From positions 32,001 to 96,000 of IMG/VR virus record IMGVR_UViG_3300017917_001030: a DNA stretch of 64,000 nucleotides; one strand, given 5' to 3'. Made by a program: the position numbers and the translations under genes. Below, piece by piece: positions 1 through 10,713 of the stretch. The notes beneath the pieces are model-generated. The model searched no databases. It had not been told where the DNA came from and saw nothing but the letters and a program-made list of their open reading frames with translations. The DNA is from a virus. Every line of letters starts with the position of its first letter. Position 1 is the first letter of the stretch.

Positions 1-1079
1 AGAAAAAGATTGATGACACAAAGAGTCGTATTGAAGAAGTTAAGGCAGAAATCGCAGGCCTAAATGCAACCGTTGAAGAAGAAAAGAATATTTGTGATAC
101 TTTGGAGCAATCTATAAATGATGCTGACGACAAGAGGACAAAGCGATCAGAACTTTCTAGTTTATTGAAGAAGCTAGGCGAAAAGATTAAGACGCAGGAA
201 ACAAGCATTACGTTCTATGAGGAACACGATGTATGTCCTACATGCAATCAAAATATGGATGATGACCTTCGTACAACAGCTAAGGAAACACATAAGCATA
301 AGATTGACGAAATCCAAACTGCTATACAAACTCTGACCGAAAAAATAACTGAGATTGATAATCGTTTAACAGAAATTTCTGATATAGAAGACAATATTAC
401 AGACCATAAGAATAATGTAGTTCAATTACAATCTAAGGTAATTGCATCCCACACATATCTGCAGAAGCTTCAAAATGAGCTTGATTCTAATAATACAGAT
501 ACTGCAAATATAGACGAAGAAAAGACAAAGCTAAAAACACTTGCTAAACAAGTTTTATCGCTTGCAGAAGACAAAAGTAAAATTACAGAACAAAAACATT
601 ACCTGGATATTGCATCTGTACTACTAAAAGATACCGGTATTAAAACTAAGATTATTAAACAGTATCTACCTGTTATTAATAAATTAGTAAATAAATACTT
701 GGCGGCAATGGATTTCTTTGTTCACTTTGAATTAGATGAGTCCTTTAATGAGACAATTAAATCTAGACATAGAGATGAATTTAGTTATGCCTCATTTAGT
801 GAGGGTGAAAAGCAAAGAATTGATTTAGCATTATTGTTTACCTGGAGAACGATTGCTAAAATGAAGAATAGTGCAAGTACAAATCTATTGTTATTGGATG
901 AAGTATTTGATTCTTCACTAGATGCCAACGGAACAGATTATGTTATGAATTTATTAGATACTATTGGTAATGACACTAACGTGTTTGTTATCTCGCATAA
1001 AGGCGACCAGTTATTTGATAAATTTAAGTCTGTTATTAAATTCCAAAAATATCAAAATTATAGTAGAATATCAACATGA
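1..1079 (+). CDS. gp46: T4 gp46-like recombination endonuclease ATPase subunit (Rad50/SbcC family), 5'-truncated by window
   Basis: Frame is open to the window start; zinc hook CPTC, signature FSEGEKQRIDLA, Walker B LLLLDEVFD, H-loop VISH. Confidence 0.95.
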   Translation, partial: KKIDDTKSRIEEVKAEIAGLNATVEEEKNICDTLEQSINDADDKRTKRSELSSLLKKLGEKIKTQETSITFYEEHDVCPTCNQNMDDDLRTTAKETHKHKIDEIQTAIQTLTEKITEIDNRLTEISDIEDNITDHKNNVVQLQSKVIASHTYLQKLQNELDSNNTDTANIDEEKTKLKTLAKQVLSLAEDKSKITEQKHYLDIASVLLKDTGIKTKIIKQYLPVINKLVNKYLAAMDFFVHFELDESFNETIKSRHRDEFSYASFSEGEKQRIDLALLFTWRTIAKMKNSASTNLLLLDEVFDSSLDANGTDYVMNLLDTIGNDTNVFVISHKGDQLFDKFKSVIKFQKYQNYSRIST

Positions 1080-1645
1080 TTATTAGAAAAGACCAGCTTA
1101 ATTTAATTGAACCTGAAAGTGAATTATTGCAGCGTCCGCCTGCACTGTTTGACTTCGAAAAGGACGGTGCAGATGCCGAAATGATTTCGAATCTATTATT
1201 TGAGAAAATGAAACAACTAGGCGGGGCTGGGTTAAGTGCTAACCAAGTTGGTCTTGATATTAGAATGTTTGTTATGGGATTGGATAATATTAAAATTGCA
1301 GTATTTAATCCTGAGATTATTTCTTATTCAGAAGATACAGATCATTTTGATGAAGGTTGTTTATCTTATCCAGGATTAATGCTTAGAATTAAACGCCCTA
1401 AATCTATTAATGTTAGATATTATAATCAAAATAATGAGTTAATAGAAACTCCTGTAGAAGGATTAACTGCTAGAATATTCCAACATGAATATGACCACAT
1501 GATGGGACATAATTTTACAGAACGAGTTTCTAAATTAAAATTAGATTTTGCTAAAAAGAAATTTGAAAATAAAAAGAAAAAGATTATTAAAAAATACGCA
1601 GCTAAAACAATGATCGAGGCTTTAAATGACCATACAAATTCCTAA
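1076..1645 (+). CDS. def: Peptide deformylase
   Basis: Motifs GAGLSANQVG, EGCLS, QHEYDH. Confidence 0.95.
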   Translation: MIIRKDQLNLIEPESELLQRPPALFDFEKDGADAEMISNLLFEKMKQLGGAGLSANQVGLDIRMFVMGLDNIKIAVFNPEIISYSEDTDHFDEGCLSYPGLMLRIKRPKSINVRYYNQNNELIETPVEGLTARIFQHEYDHMMGHNFTERVSKLKLDFAKKKFENKKKKIIKKYAAKTMIEALNDHTNS

Positions 1646-2033
1646 AGAATATGATGATGGATATGACTTCGGATTTACCGCAGTAGATTCTGAAGAAACA
1701 GTTATTGAAAAACCCGTAGTAAATACCGAACCAATTAATCAAAATCTATCTAGTTTAGATGATAAGGTTTCTGATATATTATCTAAAATAGATGCATTAG
1801 AAGAAATTATTAAAGCAAGTGCTGGTGCAGGTAAAGAGTTTGATATAGATTCATATCGCCAGTTAGTTGAAAAAGATGTAAAGGAAAAATTAATTAAATT
1901 AGAAGGATTAATTCTTCCATTATTAATTAATTTAAAAAAGAATCCTGATAAAGATATTATCAAGTGGCCTAATCGAGTACCCGTCATTGACTCACAAATA
2001 CAAAAAATTCTAGCCATAACAAGAGCAACTTAA
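1626..2033 (+). CDS. Hypothetical T4-like phage protein
   Basis: 135-aa ORF overlapping def end; DFGFTAV and LLINLKKNPDKDIIKWPNR motifs resemble T4-like hypotheticals. Confidence 0.7.
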   Translation: MTIQIPKEYDDGYDFGFTAVDSEETVIEKPVVNTEPINQNLSSLDDKVSDILSKIDALEEIIKASAGAGKEFDIDSYRQLVEKDVKEKLIKLEGLILPLLINLKKNPDKDIIKWPNRVPVIDSQIQKILAITRAT

Positions 2034-2056
2034 TAAAAAGGTTTTACCTTTTAGGA

Positions 2057-2085
2057 TTGACACCGTTGTCGCCAGGTGTTATAAT
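2057..2085 (+). promoter_or_regulatory. Sigma70-type early promoter
   Basis: TTGACA-17 nt-TATAAT, followed by AAGGAG Shine-Dalgarno. Confidence 0.85.
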
Positions 2086-2106
2086 TAGACATAGTAAGGA
2101 GCAACT

Positions 2107-4176
2107 ATGTCAATTGAACAATCTAAATCTATTCTGGCAAAACTTCTAGCTCAAGAGAACATCTCAGTCGAGCACCGCAAAACCACAACTGCATACTTTG
2201 ACCCGAAGAATCGGGTGCTGACGCTTCCTATTTGGAAGAACATGAGCAACAACGTTTATGACTTGCTTGTAGGTCACGAAGTAGGTCACGCATGGGCAAC
2301 CCCGCCCGAAGGTTGGCACGATCAAGTTACAGGCAATTCTCCGGGTTTCAAGACTTATCTTAACGTTGTCGAAGATGCTCGTATCGAGCGCAAGATCAAG
2401 AGCATGTATCCTGGTCTCAAGTCTTCTTTCTATGCTGGCTATCGAGAACTAGTCGAACAAGACTTTTTCGGTATCACAAAATATAACCTTAAAGTCAACA
2501 AGCTTTCTTTGATCGATCGTTTGAATTTGCACTTTAAGATCGGTCCCTTCATGGCAGTCGAATTCAAACCCTCTGAACAGGTCTATGTTGAGCGTATGGA
2601 GAAGCTTGAGACCTGGGCCGAGGTTGTGGCTCTTGCTAAAGAACTTTATAAGAAACGCATCGAAGAACTTGAAGACATCACCGAGGGCGATGTTGAGCTT
2701 GTAGAGTCTGACGAAATGGATAAGGACGATGACGGTGACGGCGATTCGACCGGCGAAACTACTTATGAGTCTACGTATGATCCTGAATCTGTAACAGATG
2801 CAGAATTTCGTCGACGTGAGAAAGAACTAATCGACCCAACGATTCTTCCTTATCGTTATGCTAACCTACCTACAGTTGATATTGATAAGTGTATTATTGA
2901 TTACAAGACTTTGTACTCAAAAACAGAATGGCCCGCTCCTCGGCCGGATGTAAAATCTGACAAGACACTGCACGATGAATATAAGAGCCATAATTCTCGA
3001 TTCATTCAGTATCTTGTTAAAGAATTTGAACTTCGTCGAAATGCGGCCCAAATGGCACGTGCAACAGTAGCACGCACCGGCGAGCTTGATATTAACAAAG
3101 CATTCTCATACAAGATCAAGGATGATCTGTTCAAACGTGTAACTAATATCCCCGGTGGAAAGAATCACGGAATGGTAATGTTTGTTGATTGGTCTGGCTC
3201 TATGGGTGATGTTCTAAAAGCTACTATCGAGCAAACACTGGTGCTTGCAGATTTTTGCCGAAAGGTCAACATTCCTTTCCGTGTATTTGCATTTTCAGAT
3301 CATCCAGAGGCTTCGGTTTACGCACATCATAAAAATATCTATACTCAGAAACCCGATGCAAAATTCTCAATGCGTGACGGTGATATGTATATCGGATATT
3401 CTACGTTCTATGCTCTTGAAATTTTGTCTAGTCGTATGAGTATTGCAGATTACAATTTTGCTCAGCAAAAACTATTGTTTATTGGCGATTGTAATCAACG
3501 ACGTCATGGGTATCTTCAACGTCCCTTTGACGTTCCAGATACACTTCGCTTGAATGGTACGCCTTTGAATGAGAGTATTATTTTTGCGACAAAGTTTGTG
3601 CCTGCATTCAAAGAACAACACCGTCTGGATGTGGTGAATACTATTTTCTTGACTGACGGTGAATCTAACGAAATGGATTCAATCTGTAATAATGGAACTC
3701 GTCAAAGTCTGAATACCAAGTATGGTCTGCCATATCGGTCACGTTCTAATACGATCATTAAAGATCGAGCAACAGGTCACGAAGGTCATGCTAAACCCGA
3801 CCAGCCCATTACAATCGCATTTCTAGAATTGTTCCGTAAAATTACAGGTACAAATGCTATTGGTTATTATCTAATTAATTCATCTAATAAAAATACAATT
3901 ATTAATACTGCACACCGTGCAGGTATTAATGCTAATCCAGATAAGATTATCAGCGATATTAAAGAAAATAAATTCTTTATGGTTTCTGATTATGGATATA
4001 GTAAATATTTTATTGTTAAATCAAGTGATATTGAAATTACCGATGATATTATTAATATCTCTACAGATGAAGCAAAATCTTCACCGAAGAAACTAGCCAA
4101 AGCATTCACAGAAATGCAAAAGAAAAAGTTGGTCAATCGTGTTCTTTTGAATCGATTTGTTGCAGAAATTGCTTGA
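2107..4176 (+). CDS. CobT-like protein: N-terminal HExxH metallopeptidase-like domain plus C-terminal VWA domain
   Basis: HEVGH; MIDAS DWSGSM; NGTPL; FLTDGE; adjacent to a MoxR ATPase. Confidence 0.85.
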   Translation: MSIEQSKSILAKLLAQENISVEHRKTTTAYFDPKNRVLTLPIWKNMSNNVYDLLVGHEVGHAWATPPEGWHDQVTGNSPGFKTYLNVVEDARIERKIKSMYPGLKSSFYAGYRELVEQDFFGITKYNLKVNKLSLIDRLNLHFKIGPFMAVEFKPSEQVYVERMEKLETWAEVVALAKELYKKRIEELEDITEGDVELVESDEMDKDDDGDGDSTGETTYESTYDPESVTDAEFRRREKELIDPTILPYRYANLPTVDIDKCIIDYKTLYSKTEWPAPRPDVKSDKTLHDEYKSHNSRFIQYLVKEFELRRNAAQMARATVARTGELDINKAFSYKIKDDLFKRVTNIPGGKNHGMVMFVDWSGSMGDVLKATIEQTLVLADFCRKVNIPFRVFAFSDHPEASVYAHHKNIYTQKPDAKFSMRDGDMYIGYSTFYALEILSSRMSIADYNFAQQKLLFIGDCNQRRHGYLQRPFDVPDTLRLNGTPLNESIIFATKFVPAFKEQHRLDVVNTIFLTDGESNEMDSICNNGTRQSLNTKYGLPYRSRSNTIIKDRATGHEGHAKPDQPITIAFLELFRKITGTNAIGYYLINSSNKNTIINTAHRAGINANPDKIISDIKENKFFMVSDYGYSKYFIVKSSDIEITDDIINISTDEAKSSPKKLAKAFTEMQKKKLVNRVLLNRFVAEIA

Positions 4177-4201
4177 CACCTGCATCAAACGGCTTTATAA
4201 T
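4173..4201 (+). promoter_or_regulatory. Sigma70-type early promoter
   Basis: TTGACA-17 nt-TATAAT. Confidence 0.8.
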
Positions 4202-4234
4202 TAATTTGTTCACACACCCACAGGAGTTTACATT

Positions 4235-5389
4235 ATGAAATCGACTATTGACAAAGCAGCTCTGATCGCCACTCTTAAAGACAAGTTTGGCACATCTGTT
4301 AAACGTAAAGATGTTCTGACCTATGTTAAAGAAAAGAACATGCCGATTCCCAATTGGCTAATTAATGGTGCAGAGTATAAATCTGGTATTCGTGGTATTA
4401 TTAATCTTGGAAGTACAGTTATGCCTACAGAAGAAACACCTGCGCCCGTAATCAATGCCCAGGTATTGCAGATTGAGCCGCTTCGTCAAAAGAAACTTCT
4501 TGCAGAAGTCGGTGATCTAATTCCGGCGAAAGATGCACATTATGTTCCTTTCGGGTTTTACCGTGATCTGGAATCTATTATCAACTCGAAAGTGTTCTAC
4601 CCGGTGTTTATCACTGGTCTTACGGGTAACGGTAAGACTACAATGGTCGAACAAGTTTGCGCTAAACTGAAGCGAGAATGTATTCGTGTGAACGTTTCTA
4701 TTGAAACTGACGAAGACGATTTGGTCGGCGGTCGAACTCTGATTGATGGCAACATCACATTCCAAGAAGGCCCAGTCCTTTTGGCAATGCGTCGAGGTGC
4801 TGTTCTGCTGATTGACGAGATCGATCGTGGTAGCAACAAACTAATGTGTATTCAAGGTATTCTTGAAGGCAAGCCTTTCTTCAATAAAAAGACAGGCGAC
4901 GTTATCAACCCCGCTCCTGGTTTTACTGTTATTGCTACAGCAAACACTAAAGGTCAAGGTTCGGATAGCGGCAAGTATATTGCAGCACAAATTTTGGATG
5001 AGGCGTTCCTTGAGCGTTTCCCAATTACTGTTGAACAAGAATATCCCACATCTAAGATCGAGCGCAAGATTGTTATCAATAACATGAAAGCTCATAACTG
5101 CGTGGATGAGGATTTTGCAGACAAGCTTGTTAAATGGGCAGAGGTTATTCGCAAGACCTATATGGAAGAAGCGATCGATGAAATGATCTCGACTCGACGT
5201 CTTGTTCATATTGTTCGAGCATTTGCTATGTTCAAAGATCAAAAGAAAGCTATTGAACTTTGTATTAACCGCTTTGATGCAGATACAAAGAACGCATTCC
5301 TTGATCTTTACAAGAAGCTGGAAGAACCTGCTCCGACTCAGGATACAGTACAGCCTTCACCGAATGAAGACAAAGAAATCGAATTCTAA
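4235..5389 (+). CDS. CobS-like MoxR AAA+ ATPase
   Basis: Walker A GLTGNGKT, Walker B LLIDEID, ATANTKG, LDEAFLERF. Confidence 0.9.
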   Translation: MKSTIDKAALIATLKDKFGTSVKRKDVLTYVKEKNMPIPNWLINGAEYKSGIRGIINLGSTVMPTEETPAPVINAQVLQIEPLRQKKLLAEVGDLIPAKDAHYVPFGFYRDLESIINSKVFYPVFITGLTGNGKTTMVEQVCAKLKRECIRVNVSIETDEDDLVGGRTLIDGNITFQEGPVLLAMRRGAVLLIDEIDRGSNKLMCIQGILEGKPFFNKKTGDVINPAPGFTVIATANTKGQGSDSGKYIAAQILDEAFLERFPITVEQEYPTSKIERKIVINNMKAHNCVDEDFADKLVKWAEVIRKTYMEEAIDEMISTRRLVHIVRAFAMFKDQKKAIELCINRFDADTKNAFLDLYKKLEEPAPTQDTVQPSPNEDKEIEF

Positions 5390-5405
5390 ATTTTTTATTT
5401 TATTC

Positions 5406-5428
5406 AAAGGGCGCCCAGCGCCCTTTTT
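5406..5428 (+). terminator. Intrinsic terminator
   Basis: AAAGGGCGC-CCA-GCGCCCTTT hairpin followed by T-tract. Confidence 0.8.
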
Positions 5429-5443
5429 CCTGTTTCTATAGGC

Positions 5444-5451
5444 TATAAATA
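5444..5451 (+). promoter_or_regulatory. T4-type late promoter upstream of sugar cluster
   Basis: TATAAATA. Confidence 0.75.
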
Positions 5452-5486
5452 ATTTAGATATTATAATTACATAATAAGGAACTGAA

Positions 5487-6494
5487 ATGAAAACAGCATT
5501 AATTACTGGTATCACTGGACAAGATGGTTCTTATCTAGCAGAACTATTATTGGAAAAAGGTTATAAGGTACATGGTATTATTCGAAGAAGCTCTTCAATC
5601 AATACCAAGCGCATTGACCACATCTACAACAATCCAAATCTAAAACTACATTATGGCGATGTGACCGACTCTTTATCACTAATGAATGTGATAAAGAAAC
5701 ATAAACCCGACGAAATCTATAACCTTGCGGCGCAAAGTCACGTTGCTGTTTCTTTTGAAACGCCTGAGTACACTGCTATGGTTGATGCTTTAGGCACGCT
5801 AAAAATTCTAGAAGCAGTTAGACTTTTGGATATGCAGGATAGTGTTAAAATTTATCAAGCATCTACTTCGGAACTATATGGACTCGTACAAGAAATTCCT
5901 CAAAAAGAAACAACACCATTTTATCCTCGATCTCCTTATGGTGTGGCTAAATTATATGGCTATTGGATCGTCAAGAACTATCGTGAAGCCTACAATATGT
6001 TTGCTTGCTCTGGTATTCTTTTTAACCACGAGTCCCCTCGCCGCGGACATAACTTTGTTACAAAGAAAATTGTAAATGGTTTAGAGGCAGTCAGCGCTGG
6101 TCGTCAAGATGTTCTTTTGCTAGGCAATCTTAACGCAAAGCGCGATTGGGGTCATGCTAAAGACTATGTCGAGGCAATGTGGTTAATCCTACAGCAGGAC
6201 ACTCCTGATGATTATGTGATTGCAACGGGCGAACAATATTCGGTTAAAGAGTTTGTTGAACGTTGCGCTCCTTATTATGGTTTAAAGATTCGCTGGGAAG
6301 GCGAAGGTGAAAACGAAATCGGTATCAACGAATATAACGGCAAAGTTGTTGTTCGAGTTGATAAGAAATACTTCCGACCAGCAGAAGTAGAAACATTGTT
6401 GGGCGATTCTACAAAGGCTAGAACTGTATTGGGTTGGACACCTAAATATGATTTCGACGCATTGGTTAAGGATATGTGCCTGAACTTTGAGTGA
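5487..6494 (+). CDS. gmd: GDP-mannose 4,6-dehydratase
   Basis: [37 protein letters not shown]. Confidence 0.97.
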   Translation: MKTALITGITGQDGSYLAELLLEKGYKVHGIIRRSSSINTKRIDHIYNNPNLKLHYGDVTDSLSLMNVIKKHKPDEIYNLAAQSHVAVSFETPEYTAMVDALGTLKILEAVRLLDMQDSVKIYQASTSELYGLVQEIPQKETTPFYPRSPYGVAKLYGYWIVKNYREAYNMFACSGILFNHESPRRGHNFVTKKIVNGLEAVSAGRQDVLLLGNLNAKRDWGHAKDYVEAMWLILQQDTPDDYVIATGEQYSVKEFVERCAPYYGLKIRWEGEGENEIGINEYNGKVVVRVDKKYFRPAEVETLLGDSTKARTVLGWTPKYDFDALVKDMCLNFE

Positions 6495-6501
6495 GGTTTT
6501 T

Positions 6502-7437
6502 ATGGAAAAGAATAGTAAAATATTTGTTGCGGGGCATCGAGGTTTGGTCGGCTCTGCGATTGTTAAAAAGCTACAAGAAGAAGGTTATACGAATCTAGTT
6601 CTACGTACACGCAATGAATTAGATTTGCGTGACCAACGAGCAGTTAAAAACTTCTTTAGTACAGAACGTCCCGAATATGTTTTTCTAGCAGCGGCAAAAG
6701 TGGGCGGCATTAATTATAATGCAACACATTCTGCAGACTTCATCTATGATAATTTAGCTATTCAGACTAATGTCATTGATGCAGCATATCGCAATGGTTG
6801 TCAGAAACTTCTTTTTCTCGGTTCGGCGTGTATCTATCCTAAGGTAACACCGCAACCTATTAAGGAAGAATATTTGTTAACTGCTCCCCTTGAACCTACG
6901 AATGAAGGTTATGCACTAGCAAAGATTGCCGGCTTGCGTATGTGCGAATACTACAGAAAACAATATGGGTTTAATGCCATTAGCTGTATGCCCGCAAACT
7001 TGTATGGCCCAAATGATAATTTTATCCCAGAACAAGGTCACGTTATTCCCGGTATTATTACTAAAATGTACCATGCAATTGCTGGCGGCCAAGACAGTAT
7101 TGAATGTTGGGGCGACGGTACACCTACTCGAGAATTCCTATATGTAGATGATCTTGCAGATGCATGCTTTTGGTTAATGCAGAATTATAACGAAAGCCAA
7201 TTTGTTAATGTTGGAAGCGATGAAGAATATACCATTAAAGATCTAGTAGAACTTCTTAAGAAAGAAATGTGCTTCAAGGGAGACATCGTTTGGAACACTA
7301 GTAAACCTAACGGAACTCCTAGACGTAAAATGGATAACAGCAAACTAAAGGCGCTTGGTTGGTCTCCTAAAGTAAAATTTGAGGAAGGTATCAAACGTAC
7401 TATTCAGTCATTTAAGAAAGAAAAGGGGATGCTATGA
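6502..7437 (+). CDS. fcl: GDP-L-fucose synthase family (Fcl/WcaG; could act as ColC)
   Basis: AGHRGLVGSA, AAAKVGGI, LGSACIYP, YALAK, WGDGTPTREF. Confidence 0.93.
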   Translation: MEKNSKIFVAGHRGLVGSAIVKKLQEEGYTNLVLRTRNELDLRDQRAVKNFFSTERPEYVFLAAAKVGGINYNATHSADFIYDNLAIQTNVIDAAYRNGCQKLLFLGSACIYPKVTPQPIKEEYLLTAPLEPTNEGYALAKIAGLRMCEYYRKQYGFNAISCMPANLYGPNDNFIPEQGHVIPGIITKMYHAIAGGQDSIECWGDGTPTREFLYVDDLADACFWLMQNYNESQFVNVGSDEEYTIKDLVELLKKEMCFKGDIVWNTSKPNGTPRRKMDNSKLKALGWSPKVKFEEGIKRTIQSFKKEKGML

Positions 7438-8594
7438 GATGGCCTTTGATGGGTGAGACTATCACCTTTACCGACCGCCTAAAGATGGCGCATTTTGTTT
7501 TAACTGCAAAGCGATTCACGTATGGCGAGAAGGTAAAACAGTTTGAGGATGATTGGAATAAGTGGCTAGGTTCTTCCTATTCATTGTATGTCTCATCTGG
7601 TAGTACAGCAAACTTTTTACTTGTTGCTGCAGTTATGGAAATGTATGGTCTTAAGCCTGGCGATAAAGTATTGTTGCCCGCTTGCACTTGGATGACCAAC
7701 GTAGCACCTATTATTCAACTTGGGTTAACTCCTATTTTCTGCGATGTTAATATGCAGAATTATAGTTTTGATCTAGAAGATGCTAAGTACATTAGTACAA
7801 AGCATAAGGATATTAAACTTATTTTTGTATCGCATCTATTAGGTTTTTCCGGCGACAATGAAAAGCTAAGAGAAATTTTCCCTCACGCTTATGTCATAGA
7901 TGATGTATGCGAGTCTCATGGCTGTACTGATAGAGATAATGTTAAGCGTGGCGCACATAGTCTAGGTGCAACATTTAGCTTCTATTTTGGTCATCATATG
8001 TCTACGGTTGAAGGTGGTATGGTTTCTACATACAGCCCAGAACTGTATGATCTAATGCGAATGAAGCGTAGTCATGGCCTTGCCCGTGAGTCTATGAAGT
8101 ACGACAAATATGCAGCAACATATCCTGCTATTGATAAACAATTCTTGTTTGTTACAGATGGCTATAATTTTAGAAACCATGAAATCCCAGCGGTGCTAGG
8201 TATATCGCAGTTGAAACGTTTGGATGATATGATTTTCCAACGTCGTAGAAATTATGACAAATACGTCGAGATCGTAAATTCGAGACCTGATTTATTCTAT
8301 GGTCATCAGCATGACGTTTATAATAGTAGTTTCTGTTTTCCCTTCATCTGCAAGTCCAGAGAAACTATGTTAAGAATGAAAACTGCATTTTACGATAACG
8401 GTATCGAATATAGACCAGTTGTTAGCGGTAACCTATTGGCTCAGCCATTCTTAAATGGTTATAAAATGGTAACGAAGAAAGATGTAACTAACGCAGACAT
8501 TATCCATAGTCAAGGTGTTTACATTGGTAATAATCATTTCATTAATGATAAAGATATGGAATTCTTGAAAGAAGTTGTAAAGGAAATAAAATGA
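7434..8594 (+). CDS. DegT/DnrJ-family PLP enzyme, ColD-like GDP-4-keto-6-deoxymannose 3-dehydratase
   Basis: SSGSTAN; SFYFGHHMSTVEGG has His in place of the usual catalytic Lys. Confidence 0.8.
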   Translation: MRWPLMGETITFTDRLKMAHFVLTAKRFTYGEKVKQFEDDWNKWLGSSYSLYVSSGSTANFLLVAAVMEMYGLKPGDKVLLPACTWMTNVAPIIQLGLTPIFCDVNMQNYSFDLEDAKYISTKHKDIKLIFVSHLLGFSGDNEKLREIFPHAYVIDDVCESHGCTDRDNVKRGAHSLGATFSFYFGHHMSTVEGGMVSTYSPELYDLMRMKRSHGLARESMKYDKYAATYPAIDKQFLFVTDGYNFRNHEIPAVLGISQLKRLDDMIFQRRRNYDKYVEIVNSRPDLFYGHQHDVYNSSFCFPFICKSRETMLRMKTAFYDNGIEYRPVVSGNLLAQPFLNGYKMVTKKDVTNADIIHSQGVYIGNNHFINDKDMEFLKEVVKEIK

Positions 8595-8938
8595 GTCTAG
8601 GACAAAGTATTGAAGATATTATTAAACAAACAGTTGATACAGTATTGAGTAAAGGCGAAATGCCTGATACTGAATATATTGCTACAGATAACCTAGGCGA
8701 GATTATTGAGAAGCTTGCTATCATTCATATTCGTATGTGGATGTTAGAAGACGCTATTCAAGCAGCTACTTCAGATGAACAGATCGCAGAACTAAAGCGT
8801 AAATGTGATATTTGCTTCAAGGTTAAGCGTCCCAAGTTTGTTCAAGCTATTAATGTTCTTGTAGATGATGCTATTGCAAATAACAAATCTTTGAGAGAAG
8901 ATTCAGTTAAATTGTATAAGGGAATTGACAATGCCTAA
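8591..8938 (+). CDS. Hypothetical helical protein in sugar cluster
   Basis: Coupled ORF; LGEIIEKLAIIHIRMWMLED. Confidence 0.65.
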   Translation: MSLGQSIEDIIKQTVDTVLSKGEMPDTEYIATDNLGEIIEKLAIIHIRMWMLEDAIQAATSDEQIAELKRKCDICFKVKRPKFVQAINVLVDDAIANNKSLREDSVKLYKGIDNA

Positions 8939-9857
8939 GATTGTATTCTGGAATAATTTCCATAAGGGTGATATGCACACCCAAAAAGAATTTATCAGAC
9001 AAATTGTAACTGAGCTTGAAGGATATGAGTTTGGTTACATGCATGATAATCCAGAAAAACTTCTATTAGGTCTAGGTGTACCTACACTAGGTAGCCCATC
9101 TTCGCTAAGCCCACGTGAACCTTTCTACAAAGATGAGAACGATACTTTGTATGTTAATACTTGGGTGGGGTGTTTCTGGGACATATTCTGCGAGAATGGC
9201 GGAATCAATATGAATACCTTTATCGTACAATGGACAAAGATATTCGATTTCATTAATCAGGAGTGTGGTACTAATCTTAAAATTAAGAATAGAGAAGATT
9301 ATCTACCTCGTGTTGACTATGAACAGTTTGACGTAAACAATATCAATGAGTTTTTAGCAAACAATAAAAATAAAAAAGTCTTGGTCTGCAACAACGTTCC
9401 TCAGTCGGGACAATCATTTGCCTCATCTATGGGTGAGTACATTTTGCCTTTGGCGGAAGCAGATCAAGACACCCTATTCATCTGCACGAATAAAATAGAT
9501 ACCAACGGGCTATCTAATGTGCTATTTACTGATGACATTATCAAGTGTAAGGATGGGTGTGACCTGCCTGAGATATCTTATCTAAGCAGACATTGTGATG
9601 TTATTATTGGTAAGAACTCTGGCCCATATGTATTTTGTGAGACATATGATAACTTTATGGATGAGACAAAAACATTCGTCTCGTTGAATAAGAAGCATCC
9701 AGACTTTGATACTATTAAAGAGACAATGTCTAACGGTGTAGACTATAAGTGTTCATATACTACAGTTCCTATTTTTAATATCGAATCACCTTCTGCTGAT
9801 GACTGCGAACGTGTTTATAATGCTATTGTGAAGGCACTAGGTTATGAAGAAGCTTAA
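8931..9857 (+). CDS. Hypothetical protein, possible GT-B glycosyltransferase
   Basis: N-terminal HKGD and C-terminal CDVIIGKNSGP resemble GT9-like motifs. Confidence 0.5.
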   Translation: MPKIVFWNNFHKGDMHTQKEFIRQIVTELEGYEFGYMHDNPEKLLLGLGVPTLGSPSSLSPREPFYKDENDTLYVNTWVGCFWDIFCENGGINMNTFIVQWTKIFDFINQECGTNLKIKNREDYLPRVDYEQFDVNNINEFLANNKNKKVLVCNNVPQSGQSFASSMGEYILPLAEADQDTLFICTNKIDTNGLSNVLFTDDIIKCKDGCDLPEISYLSRHCDVIIGKNSGPYVFCETYDNFMDETKTFVSLNKKHPDFDTIKETMSNGVDYKCSYTTVPIFNIESPSADDCERVYNAIVKALGYEEA

Positions 9858-10713
9858 GCTAGGATTTACAGATACACATCCGCATCTTGCTCAATTCTTT
9901 TATTCTATTCTTAGTTCAAGATATGATGTAGAAGTTGTTACAGAAAATTTCGACTTTCTGATTTTTGGAGATGATAATTTTGGTAACAATAATTTAAATT
10001 ATTCCAAAGATGATTGCGTAAAGATCTTCTTTACTGGTGAGAATAGACGACCAGAAAATTTTGATTGCCATTACGCGATTTCCTTCGATCATAACTTTGA
10101 ACCGTGGCATTATAGATTGCCATTATTTGTCGTTTATATGTGGGCATGGGAACATATCCATAAGATGAAGTATGACTATAACTACATCTTCAATCCCGAA
10201 ATAAAAGACAAAACAGGATTCGCTTCTTTTGTTGTCTCGAACCCTGGGTGTAAAGAACGAAATGAGTTTTTTAATATTCTAAATTCTAGAAAACCTGTTG
10301 ACAGTGGAGGCAAACTGTTTAATAATATAGGTATGACTCTAGATGGGGAACAGGCAAAGATTGATTTTCTGTCATCCAGAAAGTTTAATATTTGTTTTGA
10401 ACCCTACGCCCATCCTGGTTATGTAACAGAGAAAATCCTTCACGCATTCTATGCAGGCACTGTTCCTATTTACTGGGGTAGCGAAACTATTGCATCGGAT
10501 TTTAATCCAAACGCATTTATTAATGCATACGATTTTAGTACACTTGAAGAACTTGCCGACTATGTAATGGAAGTAGATAGTGATGATCGCTTGTATAACG
10601 AAATGGTAACACAACCTAAGTTTACATCAAATATCCCTCCCTCCTATATGTTGTTGGACAATTTTTTAAATTGGTTTGACGCCGTAGTCTATAACAAAAT
10701 TTTACAACGATGA
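9844..10713 (+). CDS. GT10 alpha-1,3/4-fucosyltransferase-like
   Basis: FASFVVSN, KFNICFE, GYVTEKI, VPIYWG motifs of GT10. Confidence 0.9.
   Translation: MKKLKLGFTDTHPHLAQFFYSILSSRYDVEVVTENFDFLIFGDDNFGNNNLNYSKDDCVKIFFTGENRRPENFDCHYAISFDHNFEPWHYRLPLFVVYMWAWEHIHKMKYDYNYIFNPEIKDKTGFASFVVSNPGCKERNEFFNILNSRKPVDSGGKLFNNIGMTLDGEQAKIDFLSSRKFNICFEPYAHPGYVTEKILHAFYAGTVPIYWGSETIASDFNPNAFINAYDFSTLEELADYVMEVDSDDRLYNEMVTQPKFTSNIPPSYMLLDNFLNWFDAVVYNKILQR

Noticed and set aside
2107-5389. Cobalamin biosynthesis from the CobS/CobT-like pair
   Set aside because: No CobN or other cob genes; MoxR-VWA pairs are common in T4-like phages and more likely act as chaperones.
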